A program made the position numbers and the translations under genes. The notes under the pieces are model-generated. The model was not told where the DNA came from, ran no database searches, and saw only the letters and a list, made by a program, of their open reading frames with translations. Positions 22,259 to 32,908 of a stretch of 64,000 nt of DNA are shown here, piece after piece (the stretch's first letter is position 1; each line of letters opens with the position of its first letter). This stretch comes from Prasinococcaceae sp. CCMP 1430 (taxonomy: Eukaryota; Plantae; Prasinodermophyta). The stretch lies in NCBI GenBank assembly GCA_013416795.1, contig RQSC01000009.1, positions 28,648 to 92,647 of the forward strand. Reading direction: 5' to 3'.

Positions 22259-24072
22259 TCAGACTCGCTCGACGACGAGGTAGCAGTGCACGTAATCCAT
22301 GTGGTATTCCTCGGGATTAGCGGCGACGCGCGCCTCGTACATGCCGAACATGCGGTCGACGATTGCCGCGCGCTCCTCCGCGGGCCGCGTCGCATCCAGC
22401 GCGTTCGCAAAGGTCGAGTTGGACCAAGTGCGCATCGTGGGGACGAAGTCGCGGGCGTGCGTCGCGCTATCCTGGGCCTCGCCGCGCTCCTTCGCGGCGA
22501 GATACTCGTCGAGGTACGGGCAGCGCACCACTCGCTCCTCGCACGACACCTGGGGGGGGGGGGCGCACGGGCAGGAGGACGGGGGGGGGTAGCGCCGAGG
22601 GAGGGGGCGTGCACAACGAAGGGAGGTCAGCCACGCCGCACGATCGCTGGCAGGGCACAGCACCCTGGTCACTTCAGCACGACCTTGAGCGTAACCCAAC
22701 CCAAAGTTGGGTTCGCGCGCGCGTGGGTCCTGCCCCAAGGCGGATGACGTACCACGCGCAGGCCCTCGAATGTGCCATCGGCCTCTTCGAAAGGCGCCAG
22801 CGTCTCCGCCATGGTCTTGTAGTGGTTGGGGAACGTGCATGCGGCGAACTCGGCCTCGGTGATGGTGCCGTCATCCACCAGCTCGCGCCACAGCTCGGCG
22901 AAGGTGGAGTACATGTTGGCACCGCGGTCGGTGTTGCCGAGGTAGTACCCTTCGGTGCTCTCGCAGAAGTTGACGAACACGAAGCGCCCGCCGAGCGCCA
23001 GCTCGGCGGAGCGCCGCTTGAGGATGCTCCGCCAGTCCTGCTGCGACTGTGGGGTGCGAGCCGACGCCACGCCACAGCGCACGCAGCGCGGCGGGACGGA
23101 GGCGTCAGCGCGCAGAGCGGCGGCACCGCGCCGGATCGAGCTCAGCCGCGCGAGCGCACGCGACCGCAGGACGCGCGCGCGCAAAGGAGGGTAAGAGGGG
23201 CACGCACCTGCGCCATGAACTTGGCTTTCTCATCGGGCTCGGCCTGCGTGGAGTGCAGCGTCGCCTGCAGGTCGCACGGCAGCTTGCTGAGCCAGTGCAT
23301 GGCGGTGAAGCTCATGCCCACCTGCACCGAGGCCGTCGGGTAGCATTGCTCGTAGAACGACGTGCCGCTGGCCGTCACGAACACGTTCGAGTGCTCCTCG
23401 GTGTACACTGGCACGCCCGGCAGCCGCTGCGTGCCCTGCGTGTAGTTGAAGAGCGACTTCCACTCGTTGAACGGCTGGTCCTCGTATTGGACGAGAACCT
23501 CGGTGTCGTCGCCTAGGCGCTCCCGGATCGCCGAGATGGCGCGGCCCATCAGTGGCATGGACGTGCCGCCGTCGGCAGTTCCGAAGTCGGCGAGCGCGAA
23601 AGGCGCCCCCGCGGCGGGCGCGGGTGCGGCGGCGACCGCATCGAGCACGAGGTCGCTCGCGTTCGCGATGACGTCGAAGCAGCCCTTGGTCGCCTTGCTG
23701 TAAAGGCCGTCGCCGTCCTCCCCGAGGGGCTCGTGGTGCGCGCGCTGTCGTCGGGCGCGACGATTAGAGCGCGCGATGGGGGGAGGGGGGGGGGCGTAAG
23801 CGCAGGGCGCAGCGGGCGTCAGCGGCGCAATCCCCTCGACGCGCACGCTCGGGGAGCGATTCTCCCCGCGCCCAGTCCCAAGTCACAGCCGCGCCACGCC
23901 TTGCCGGGAAAGCGCCGCGCCGCCGCACCTCCGTGGCCGCCGCCGCCGCCGCCGCAGCGCGCGCGCGCGCGCGCGCGCGCGCGCGCGCGCGGCCGCCGGC
24001 GCACTTTTCGCCTGCCGTTCGATGACGCGATACCAATGCCGTTCTACCTCGTGCAATCGTGCGGGCCCGCAT
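22259..24072 (-). CDS. SABATH-family (Methyltransf_7) SAM-dependent methyltransferase; exons 24072-23929, 23744-23208, 23046-22753, 22549-22259; ~421 aa
   Basis: Motifs LYSKAT, ADFGTADGGTS, GTSFYEQCYP, SFTAMHWLS, RSAELALGGRFV. All four exons are phase-0 consistent with GT-AG borders. Exon 1 is Arg/Ala-rich (transit-peptide-like) and is the least certain. Confidence 0.88.
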
Positions 24073-24211
24073 CGCGATCGATGCGTACTACATTTCCACT
24101 CTGGTCAAACGAAGCCACGGGAGATCCCAACTCGCCAATTTCCTCGAGGGCCGCGGCGCTCCCTGAAGGAAGGATGCGTCGTGCTGCTCGATCGACGCCG
24201 CGCGTGTGCCG

Positions 24212-27129
24212 ATGCTCGCCACCGCGCCTGGGATGCGCATCGGCGCGCTCTCGGCGCGCGCGCCGCGCGCCGCTGCGGGTGCGTGCGAGTGCGTGCGAGT
24301 GCGCACGCGCGCGTCCTCTTGCCGGAGTGTGTCTGGACGTTTCCGGCCACCGCCGAGGAGCGCGTCGTCGGCCCGCCGCCCCGGCCGCCGCTGCCGCCGC
24401 CGCGTGAGGTGTGTCCCGTGCCGATCACCCCCCCACGCACGCACGCGCGCCACGTCTCGCTCGAGAGCATCGCGGCGGGGGCTGGCCAAGGCCGCCGCGC
24501 GCATCGGTGCACTTTTTCACTCGCTTTCCACTTTGTGTGGCTTGCGCTGTTCGCTTTTCGCTTTTTCTTATCCAGTCGGTGACGTGGCCTTCGCAGGGCT
24601 CGGGGAGGGGCGTGGCGGTTGGCGCGGCGCGCGCGGGCGCGAGTGGCACGCGCCGCGCGCGCGCGCAGCGGCGCGGGCGGCCGCGGAGCTCAGGGGCCGC
24701 GCAGGCCGGGCGCGGTCGCGGAGAGCGCGTTCGGCATCGCCGACGTGGGGGCAGAAGAGGGCGCAGAGGATGCGGTCGCTCCCGGCGCATCGGCGAGCCC
24801 GCTGGTGCTCAAGTATCCCGGGCCGGCCAACTCGACGCTGTTCGTCGGCAACGACGGCCCGCTGTCGACGGACCAACCCGGCAACGGCGGCCTGCGCCTG
24901 CTGTCCTACGACACCGAGGCCGACGCCATCCACGAGTGCATCCATCTCACCCAGGGCATGACCAAGAAGCACGCCGTGTACAACACCGGCTTCGGCGGCG
25001 CCAAGCTGGTGGTGCATGCCCCGAACGGGCCCCAGTCGGTCGACAAGAAGGAGCTCATGGAGGTGGTCGCCTCCTCGCTCAAGGGGCTCAACGGCACGGT
25101 CTACACCGGCCAGGACCTGAACACCTCCGCGGACGACATGGACTACCTGGACGAGCTCTGCGACTACGTGCTGGCCAGCATCGGCAGCGTCACCGACGCC
25201 AACGTCGCCACCGCGCACGGAGTCTTCGGCGCGGTGCAAGGGACGCTGCAGGGCGTGGGGCGCGACGTCGCCGGTGGCTCGTTCTTCGTGCACGGCTGCG
25301 GCAAGGTCGGCAGCTCACTCGCGCGGCAGCTCGTCGCCGCTGGGGCGGCGAAGGTGCTCACATACGACATCAACTCAGAGCTCGCGAGCATACCCGGCTG
25401 CGTGAACGTGTCGGACAGCGGCGACGACTGGGTGGCCCACGCGTCGCAGTGCGACATGCTCTGCCCTTGCTCGATTTCCTGGCTGCTCACCGAGGAGGTC
25501 GTCGCCGGCCTCGACTGCGAGCTCATCGTCGGGGCGGCCAACCTGCCCTTCGCGACGCCCGCGGCGCGTGAGGCTGCGACGGCCAAGGGGATCCTTTTCG
25601 TGCCCGAGTCGGTGGCGAGCGCCGGCGCGGTGATTGTCGACTCGCTCGAGTGCTTCGACCGCGCGGCGTACCTCAGCGCCCGCCCGTCTGAGGTGTATGC
25701 GTTCACGCGCCACCTGACGCGCGAGGGGGCGCGCTCGGTGGCGGCCGCCGCCACGTCGTCCGCAGCGGGGGGGGTGGCGTCGCCCGAGGAGGTCGACGCG
25801 CTCGTCGCTGACCTCAGCGCGAGCTCCGCGCGGAAAACGCCCGCGTGCGCCCGCTTTCGCGAGTGGCGCGACGAGGCCGTCGTGCAGCTCGATTCGCTCG
25901 TCATCGGCGGCGGCATGGCTGGCACGGCCGCTGCGATGGAGCTGGCGCGCCTCAGCCCCCCTGGTTCGCGCATGATGCTGCTCGAATCGCGCACGGTCGC
26001 CAACGACGCTGCCTCGAGCTTCGGCGAATCGCGCATGTTCCGCCGCATGTACTCGGACGAGTACTTCTCGAAGATGCAGGCGACCGCCCTCGACATGTGG
26101 CGCGAGCTCGAGGAGGCGAGCGGCGAGGAGCTGCTTTCCACCAATGGTCTGCTCTTCTACGGCGAGACAGACACCGGCGAGACCGTGGAGGGGTCCGTGC
26201 CGGGCGCGCGGGAGGTGATGGAGAACCTGGGGATCGAGCACGAGTACTTCGTCGGCGAGGAGCTCGACAAGCGCTGGCCAAACCTCGTGAGCGGCTCGAG
26301 CGACGAGGGCGTCTTCGAGCACGCCGCCGGGAGCGTGAACTCGAGCGCCGCGTGCGCCGCCATGGCCGCGCGGGCGCAGGCGAGCGGCGTGGAGCTCGTC
26401 CAGGGCGAACGCGTCACGGACATGTGGAAGGACGCCGACGGCGCCGACGGTGTGCTGGTGGCCACCTCGAACGGCCGCCTGCTGCGCGCCAAGAGCGTCG
26501 TGCTGTGCGCCGGCGCATGGACAAACGACCTGCTCAAGCCGCTGGGCGTGCAGCTCGACCTCGAGGTCCACAACATGCACTGGGGACACTTCGAGGTCGA
26601 AGATGGCGCCGACATTCCGCAGTGGTTTTGCTTCCGCAAGGAGAAGAACGACTCCCCCGACGACGACCCCGCCAAGCTCGACGGTGGCTTGTACTACGGC
26701 TTCCCCAGGCACCACGAGGGCTCGACCGTCGTCAAGGTGGGCGTCGATTGGTGCCCTGACACCAGCAAGTTCCGCACGAAGAGCATGGCCGAGTTCTGCT
26801 ACGAGCCCGACGAGCACGTCGTCAGCTGCATCGAAAGCTTCCTCGCCGAGAACTGGACGGGCATCGGCAAGCTCAGCGACATGCAATGCTCGCCGTACAC
26901 GATGACCAAGGACCAGTACTTCATCCTCGACCGCTTGGAGAAGGTGCCCGAGGTCACCGTCTTCACCGGCGGGAACGGGCGCGCCTTCAAGTTCGCGCCC
27001 CTCATCGGGAAGCTGCTGGCCGAGCTCGCCACCGGCGTGCCCAAGGAGCAGCTCAGCTACGACGTGGCGCCGTTCGCGGCCGGGCGACAGGCGGCCGGCA
27101 TGACCGACGTCGAAGAGGTCTGCGCCTGA
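24212..27129 (+). CDS. Fusion of a Glu/Leu/Phe/Val dehydrogenase domain and a monomeric sarcosine oxidase / pipecolate oxidase-like FAD domain; exons 24212-24408 and 24705-27129
   Basis: Dehydrogenase: GGLRLLSY, GMTKK, GFGGAKLV (catalytic Lys), GQDLNT, VHGCGKVG (NAD binding), VGAAN, ASAGAVI. Oxidase: VIGGGMAG, SSFGESRMFR, CAGAW, PYTMTKDQYFILD, GRAFKFAPLIG. One uninterrupted ORF spans both. A phase-2 intron links a transit-peptide-like exon 1. Confidence 0.88.
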
Positions 27130-27574
27130 GGAGGCCCCCGGGCACACCGACTGTACAGGTACCAAGAAGACAGACACGGGCGGCGCTGTTGCCGGCAATA
27201 CCACGTGTCACTGTAAATCACTCACCCCTTGCTAACAAGGCGGCCACGGACAGGGGCGACGGCGCCATCGCCGGCGAGCCAGCGCTCGCGCCCCGCGCCT
27301 GGCGCTCGCGCGCAGCACGAAGACGGTCGCATTCGCTCCTCTGGGCGCGTATGAGTACTACCGGTCATGCATGGATGTAGCAGTACTATGCACGCGTGCT
27401 GCGCCTGCGTAGCAGTGCCTCGCGTGCGTGGACCGTGGACGTCCGGCGCGGGCGCGAGCGCGTCGAGTGCGGGCTCGGGTGGCGGGCCAGTGGCCCCTCC
27501 GTCGGCCAGCACTCGCGCGCCCCAGCAGTTGGTTGGAGCGCAGCGCGTCGCTCCTCACCGCTGTCTCCTTCGCT

Positions 27575-29397
27575 CTAATGCTGCTTGCCAAAGCCGGCCT
27601 TTATGGCCTGCTGCGTCCCCCACACGAGCTTGTCCAGCAGGCTCGCGAGGGTGAAGCATCCTCCGACGATGGCCATGAGGTTGGTCAAGTAGTCGGCGAG
27701 CGGTTGCCTCTTCTCCTCGATGACCACCTGGAACGGCGACGGCACGAAGCTGATGCGAACCGAGCTCAGCTCACTCGACTCGTACTGGTGGCTGTGCGCA
27801 GTCGTGTCGTAGAGGTCGATGGAGAAGTCGCCCTTTTCGACCGTTTGCAGCACGGCATTAATGTAGTGCTCGAAGGTCACGTTGTCCGTGCGAGCAGTGA
27901 AAGGAGTGTCGACGAAGCGCGCGCTCCACTCCTGCCACTCGCCCCCGTCTGGGCCTCTCACAAGCGACCTCACCTCGGCCTTGTCGTCTTCGGTGAGCTC
28001 GTGGCCGAACGTCAGGTGGTGCACGGTGTGGCTCAGGTTGAGGTGCACGTTGTTGAACGAGTGCCCCACGGCGTGGGCGCCCAGCTCGATCGTGCCGGGC
28101 ACCTTCTTCACCATCACGTAGCCATCCAGGCGGCAGCCGATCGCCGCGGAGTCGTGCTTGACGAGCTGTGCCAGCGCGCCGCGGCGCTGGCGCTTCGTTG
28201 CTGACCCGCCTGGGGCTGTTGGATCCTCGTCGCCCACGATACCATCGATGAACTTGGTCACCGCGTCGGTCGTCCGATCGCCCATGAACATCTCAGTCTT
28301 GCGCGACGCGCCGTCGGCGCGAAAGACGCGGATCGTCGGAAATCCCTGGATGCCCTCTTGTGAGCAGAAGCGCTGGTGGGCGACGCAGTCCACGCGCGCG
28401 ATGACGACCTTCCGGTCCCCGTACTTCTGCTTGGCGATGCCGGCCGTGTGCTCCCACACGGGGAGGAGCATCTTGCACCACGCGCACCATTTCGCCATGT
28501 ACGCGACCATGACGAGGGGCGCGCTCTTCGTCGCGGCTCCGTGCGTCTCCGGCGTGAGCTCGAGCGAGTGCTCGTCGACGAGCTGCTCCACCATGTCCTC
28601 GTCCTCGTACAGATAGTCGGCGGTCCCGTCCTCATCCGTCGCGGCCTGCACCATTTTCACCTCGAGCTCTGCGAACGCGGGGTCCGACTGACGATAGGTG
28701 GGCGACAGGCGATCGACGTACTTCTCGCCCTCAGAACCGTCCGCGTACAGCCGCGTCTTGCGCACCGTCTTCGCGCCGAACGTGGACACGCCGTCCACGT
28801 TGAGGCGGTGGCTGCCAATCGCGTTGCTCACATCGAGCGTGGCAAACTCGCACGCCAGCTCGGGGAAGCTCACCTGGGCGCGCACGAGCGAGACAAGGGA
28901 GGCGCGGGGGACGTCAGCACGCGCGAAAGTGCGATGGGTCGCGTGCCCCGAGCCATCGGACCGGGCCGACGCGCGGGTGCCGGGCGCGCGCGCGCGCGCG
29001 CGCGGGAGCCGCCCACCTTGAAGTTGATCGGCAGCACATCGCCGTTGAGGGACTTGTCGACGACGATCGACTGCGCGACACCATGACGGTGCGGCGCGTG
29101 CACCCGGTGTGCAGCAGAGGGCAACAGAAATACGGGAGGGGCACCGCGCGCGCCACGCGAGCGAGCGCGTCAGCGCAAGTAGAGAGTCCGCGGGGGCAGC
29201 GCCTGCCAGTAGCGCACGCGCTCGCGCACCGTGGTCGCGTGTGACGAGAGGTACGACCTCGTCTCGCCGCCGACAAGGAAGGCCACGGCGAACGCCGCCG
29301 CGGTGGTGAGCGCCGCGCCCGCGAGCGTCGACTCGCTCAGGTCGCGCGGCAGCTTCTTGTAGACGTCCAGCGCGCGCATGCCATCGAGTATGCCCAT
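27575..29397 (-). CDS. PDI-C type protein (ERGIC/Erv46-like N- and C-terminal domains with an inserted thioredoxin domain); exons 29397-29230, 29070-29017, 28873-27575; ~506 aa
   Basis: MRALDVYKKLPRDL plus a TM segment; FPELACEFATLDVS; thioredoxin WCAWC; GCRLDGYVMVKKVPG; NLSHTVHHLTFG; YLTNLMAIVGGCFT. Confidence 0.88.
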
Positions 29398-29877
29398 CGC
29401 GCCCGCGCGCCCCAGGCGGGGGCCCGCGCCGCTCGCGCGCCGAGTGGCGTCGCGCCGCGCTGCCAACACCCCCGCGCGCGTGCAGACGCTCCGGCCCATT
29501 TCGCACGTGCATTGCGTCCATCTTGATGGTTGATGGTGCGGTCCTGTTGCGGGTCAGATTCGTTCCAGCACCCCCCCCTGCAAGAAAACGCTCTCAGCAC
29601 CCCCTTTGGGTTAGATTGTTTGAGGTTTATGGCCTTCGCCCTTCGGGCGAAGGCCAATTTGAATGGATTGTGAAAAGCGATCCACATTAGAACATATATG
29701 TAGACCCTTCAGCGGCGACCGAGCAGGCGGAGGAGGCGACGACGAAGCGCCGCGCTCGAAGGCGGGAGCGGATGGCGAGCGAGGCGAGGAACAATGCGGA
29801 GCGTGGCCACAGGGTCGTCGCCACGCTTCCCTACCCGGGCGGAAAAGACGTCACGGTCGACGTCGGCCTGAGTTCGC

Positions 29878-30169
29878 GGGAATTTTGGGATTTTCCCCTG
29901 AAATTCGAGCGAAATTCGGCCTCGACAACCCCGCCGCCGGCAAAAATGCCGGCGGGGCGCGAGACGCGCGCGCGCGCCGCTGCCAGGGTGGCCGCTGAAG
30001 GCGGCGGCGGCGGCGGCAGCGAATTCCGGGCCGCGCGAAGCGCTCGAGCCTCGCCGGCCGCGCGCGCGCCGCGCCAGCCAGCGCCAGCGAGCGCCAGCGT
30101 GAGCGGGAAGACGACCGAAACTATCCGGGGAATTTTGGGATTTTCCCCTGAAATTCGAGCGAAATTCGG
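29878..30169. repeat. Two identical 42-bp direct repeats (29878-29919 and 30128-30169)
   Basis: GGGAATTTTGGGATTTTCCCCTGAAATTCGAGCGAAATTCGG occurs twice, 250 bp apart. Confidence 0.9.
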
Positions 30170-30591
30170 ACGTGGGAGCTTTCGCGCGCGCGCTTGTCGT
30201 CGGCTGACCGCGCACGCGCGCGCAGCACTGCGGGGCCACCCTCAAGGTGGCCCCGCAGTCCCACCAATCGCGCGCTTGCGTCGACTACTGGGCGCAGCGG
30301 TCGCCGCGGCCGCGGCCGCTGCTCGCCTGGGAGGGCGAGTGGCGGCCGAGCGCCGCCGAGGCGAGGCAGGCGGCCAGGGAGGCCGCCGGCGGCCAGTGTT
30401 CGCGCGAGCATTCCAATCAGCTCGTGCTGATTATGGAGATTGTGGTGGCGCGACGTCGCCGCCGAGGCTTCGAGGTGCAGCCACGACGGCTCGATCCCCT
30501 CGCCCATCGTCATGGCGGCCCCTTCGACCACGTGGCGGCCGTGCTGCTCGAGGCACGACCGCGAGGAGCCCTCGCGCGGCGAACCGCCGCC

Positions 30592-30653
30592 CGGCCTCCG
30601 CGCGCATGCGTTTCGACCTCGCGGCCCGCCCGCGCATGCGTTTCGACCTCGCG
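30592..30653. repeat. About two copies of a 30-bp tandem unit containing CGCGCATGCGTTTCGACCTCGCG
   Basis: Identical 23-mer at 30601 and 30631. Confidence 0.8.
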
Positions 30654-30936
30654 CCGCAGAATGTCAGATATTTTCGCACTACACCGCCGCCGCGGCCAGC
30701 CCGAAACTGCCGCGCATTGACCGGGTGTGCGCAGGCGCGATCCCAGCAAAGACCCGGGCACATCGCCGCGAGCGTCCATAATGACCAGGGTCTATCCGGA
30801 TCAAACCGGGGTGAGGTGAGGCGGGGCGTGCGCGCGAATTCGCGCGCCACACACGCGCGCGCGCGCGCGCGCGCCTGCCTCCCCCAGCAGCAAAGGGGGG
30901 GGGGGGGGGGGGGGGGGAAGAAGAGAGGGAGAGAGG

Positions 30937-32807
30937 TTGGAGGGGGCAGCTGTGGCAAGGAGGGGAGCTGGGAGGGAGGCGTTCGGGCGCGGCGCGTCGC
31001 CGCGCGCGAGCGATGGCGTCGGGGCGCGCGTCGGACCGCCACGCGCGCGCGTGCACTTCGTCGGCATCGGCGGCGCGGGCCTCTCGGCGCTCGCGCTCCT
31101 CGCGCTGCGCCACGGGTGGTTTGTGAGCGGCTCGGACCGCGCGGCCTCGGCGCGCGCGGAGACGCTGCGCGAGGCTGGCGCGACGGTCATGTGCGGCGAT
31201 CACACCTCTGCGAACCTGCGGCAGGGCGGAAGCAGCCTGCCCGACGTCGTCGTCGCGAGCAGCGCCGTTCCGCGCACCAACCCCGAGCTCCTCGCCGCGC
31301 GCGCGCTCGGGGTGCCGGTGGTCGGGCGTGACGAGTGGCTCGCGTTCGTCACACGAGGGCACGCGCTGCTGGCGGTGGCGGGGACGCACGGCAAGACGAC
31401 CACCTCCGCAATGCTCGCGGTGGCGCTGCGCGACGGCGGCGAGCGCCCTGTGACGGCTGTGGTCGGCGGGGACGTGCCGCAGCTGCCAGGCGGTACCAAC
31501 GCTGTCGCTGACGCGGGCCACGCGCGTGGCGACCCGTTCGTGCTCGAGGCCGACGAGTACGACGGCGCGTTCCTGAAGCTCGACCCGCTCGTTGCGGTGA
31601 TCAACAATGTCGAATGGGATCACGTGGACATCTACGACAGCGAGGACGCCGTGCACGCAGCGTTCGCGCGCTTTGCCTCCCGCGTGCGCCCCGGTGGCGC
31701 GCTCCTGGCGTGCGGGGACAATGCCGGCGCACTGCGGGTCGCGGACGAGACGAGGGAGCGCCTCGAGGCGCGGGCCAGCGACGAGGTGGAAGGGGGAAGG
31801 CAAGCATCGCAAGTGCGCACGTTTGGCACCGCGGAGGGCAATGACTACCGCGCATCCGAGCTCGAGACCAACTCCGTGGGTGGCACGGATTTCGTCTTGA
31901 CGCACGCGGGCGAGCAGCTGTGCGAGGTCTCGCTGCCCGTTCCCGGCATGCACAACGTGCGCAACGCGTGCGCGGCGGTGGTGACGGCGGCTCTGGCAGC
32001 CGAGCTCCGAGGGGAGGACGCCACCGCCGCCGCGTCGGGCGCTGCGCGCGCTCTGGGTGACTTCCGCGGTGTCGGGCGTCGCTTCGAGGTTGTTGGCGCA
32101 GCGCGCAGCGCCGGCGTGGCTGCGGTCGTCGACGACTACGCGCACCACCCCACCGAGGTGATCGCCACGCTGCAGGGGGCGCGCCAGCGCTACCCAGGGA
32201 GGCCGCTATGGGCCGTGTTTCAGCCACACACGCACGCGAGGCTCGCCATCTTCGAGGATGACTTCGTGGTGCGTTGCCGCAGCGCGGATGCGCACGCGCG
32301 TGCGCGCGCGTGCGCGCTTTCGCACGCGTGCCGCAGCGGCATGCCACCGCTCTGGCGTACTGACGCCCGCGCCGTCTCTCTGCTGGGCGCGCGCATGCGC
32401 GCGCGCGCATCCCCGTGGGACCACCTCTGCCCTTCCCCTCGCAGGCGTCGCTCGCCGCAGCCGACCGCGTCATCGTGGCGCCCGTCTTCGAGGCGCGTGC
32501 CGAAGACCCCGCCGCACTCGGCGCGGCTACGCCGCGTGAGCTGGCAGCGCGCATCGTCGCCGCAGGCGCGCCCGCTGTGGACATGTCGTCGCTCGATGAC
32601 GTCGTGGATCGGCTCTCCTTCGAGCTCAGTAGCGGCTTGCATTCTACCCGCGGCAGCGGCGTCGACAGCGCTGACAAGGACGGCGATAGCGTCGACGCCG
32701 ACTCGAGCAGCAACGCTGACGCTGACGAAGACGACGTCGTTATACTCACTCTTGGCGCAGGGGACGTGACCTCGGTCGGGCGACGGCTTCTGGAGCGCCT
32801 GCAGTAG
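30937..32807 (+). CDS. murC: UDP-N-acetylmuramate-L-alanine ligase; exons ?-32268 and 32445-32807; 5' end unresolved
   Basis: VHFVGIGGAGLSALA, SGSD, AVAGTHGKTTTSAM, VLEADEYDG, NVEWDHVDIY, PGMHNVRNA, FRGVGRRFE, DDYAHHPTE, VFQPHT, LTLGAGDV. Phase-0 intron 32269-32444. Confidence 0.93.
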
Positions 32808-32908
32808 GGCTGCCACCGGGCGCACTGGTGTACTGTACCTCCGCGCGTGTATTCAATAGCTGATTTTGATTGATTGAGAGTCACTGGCAGGTCCCGCGGC
32901 GCGCGCGC

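Noticed and set aside
4360-27129. GOGAT linked to the amino-acid dehydrogenase fusion as a nitrogen cluster
   Set aside because: About 15 kb and seven unrelated genes separate them.
29878-30169. Direct repeats read as a CRISPR array
   Set aside because: Only two copies, a 208-bp spacer, no cas genes, eukaryotic context.
29709-30531. Short ORFs on both strands between PDI-C and MurC
   Set aside because: No motifs and no consistent splice model.
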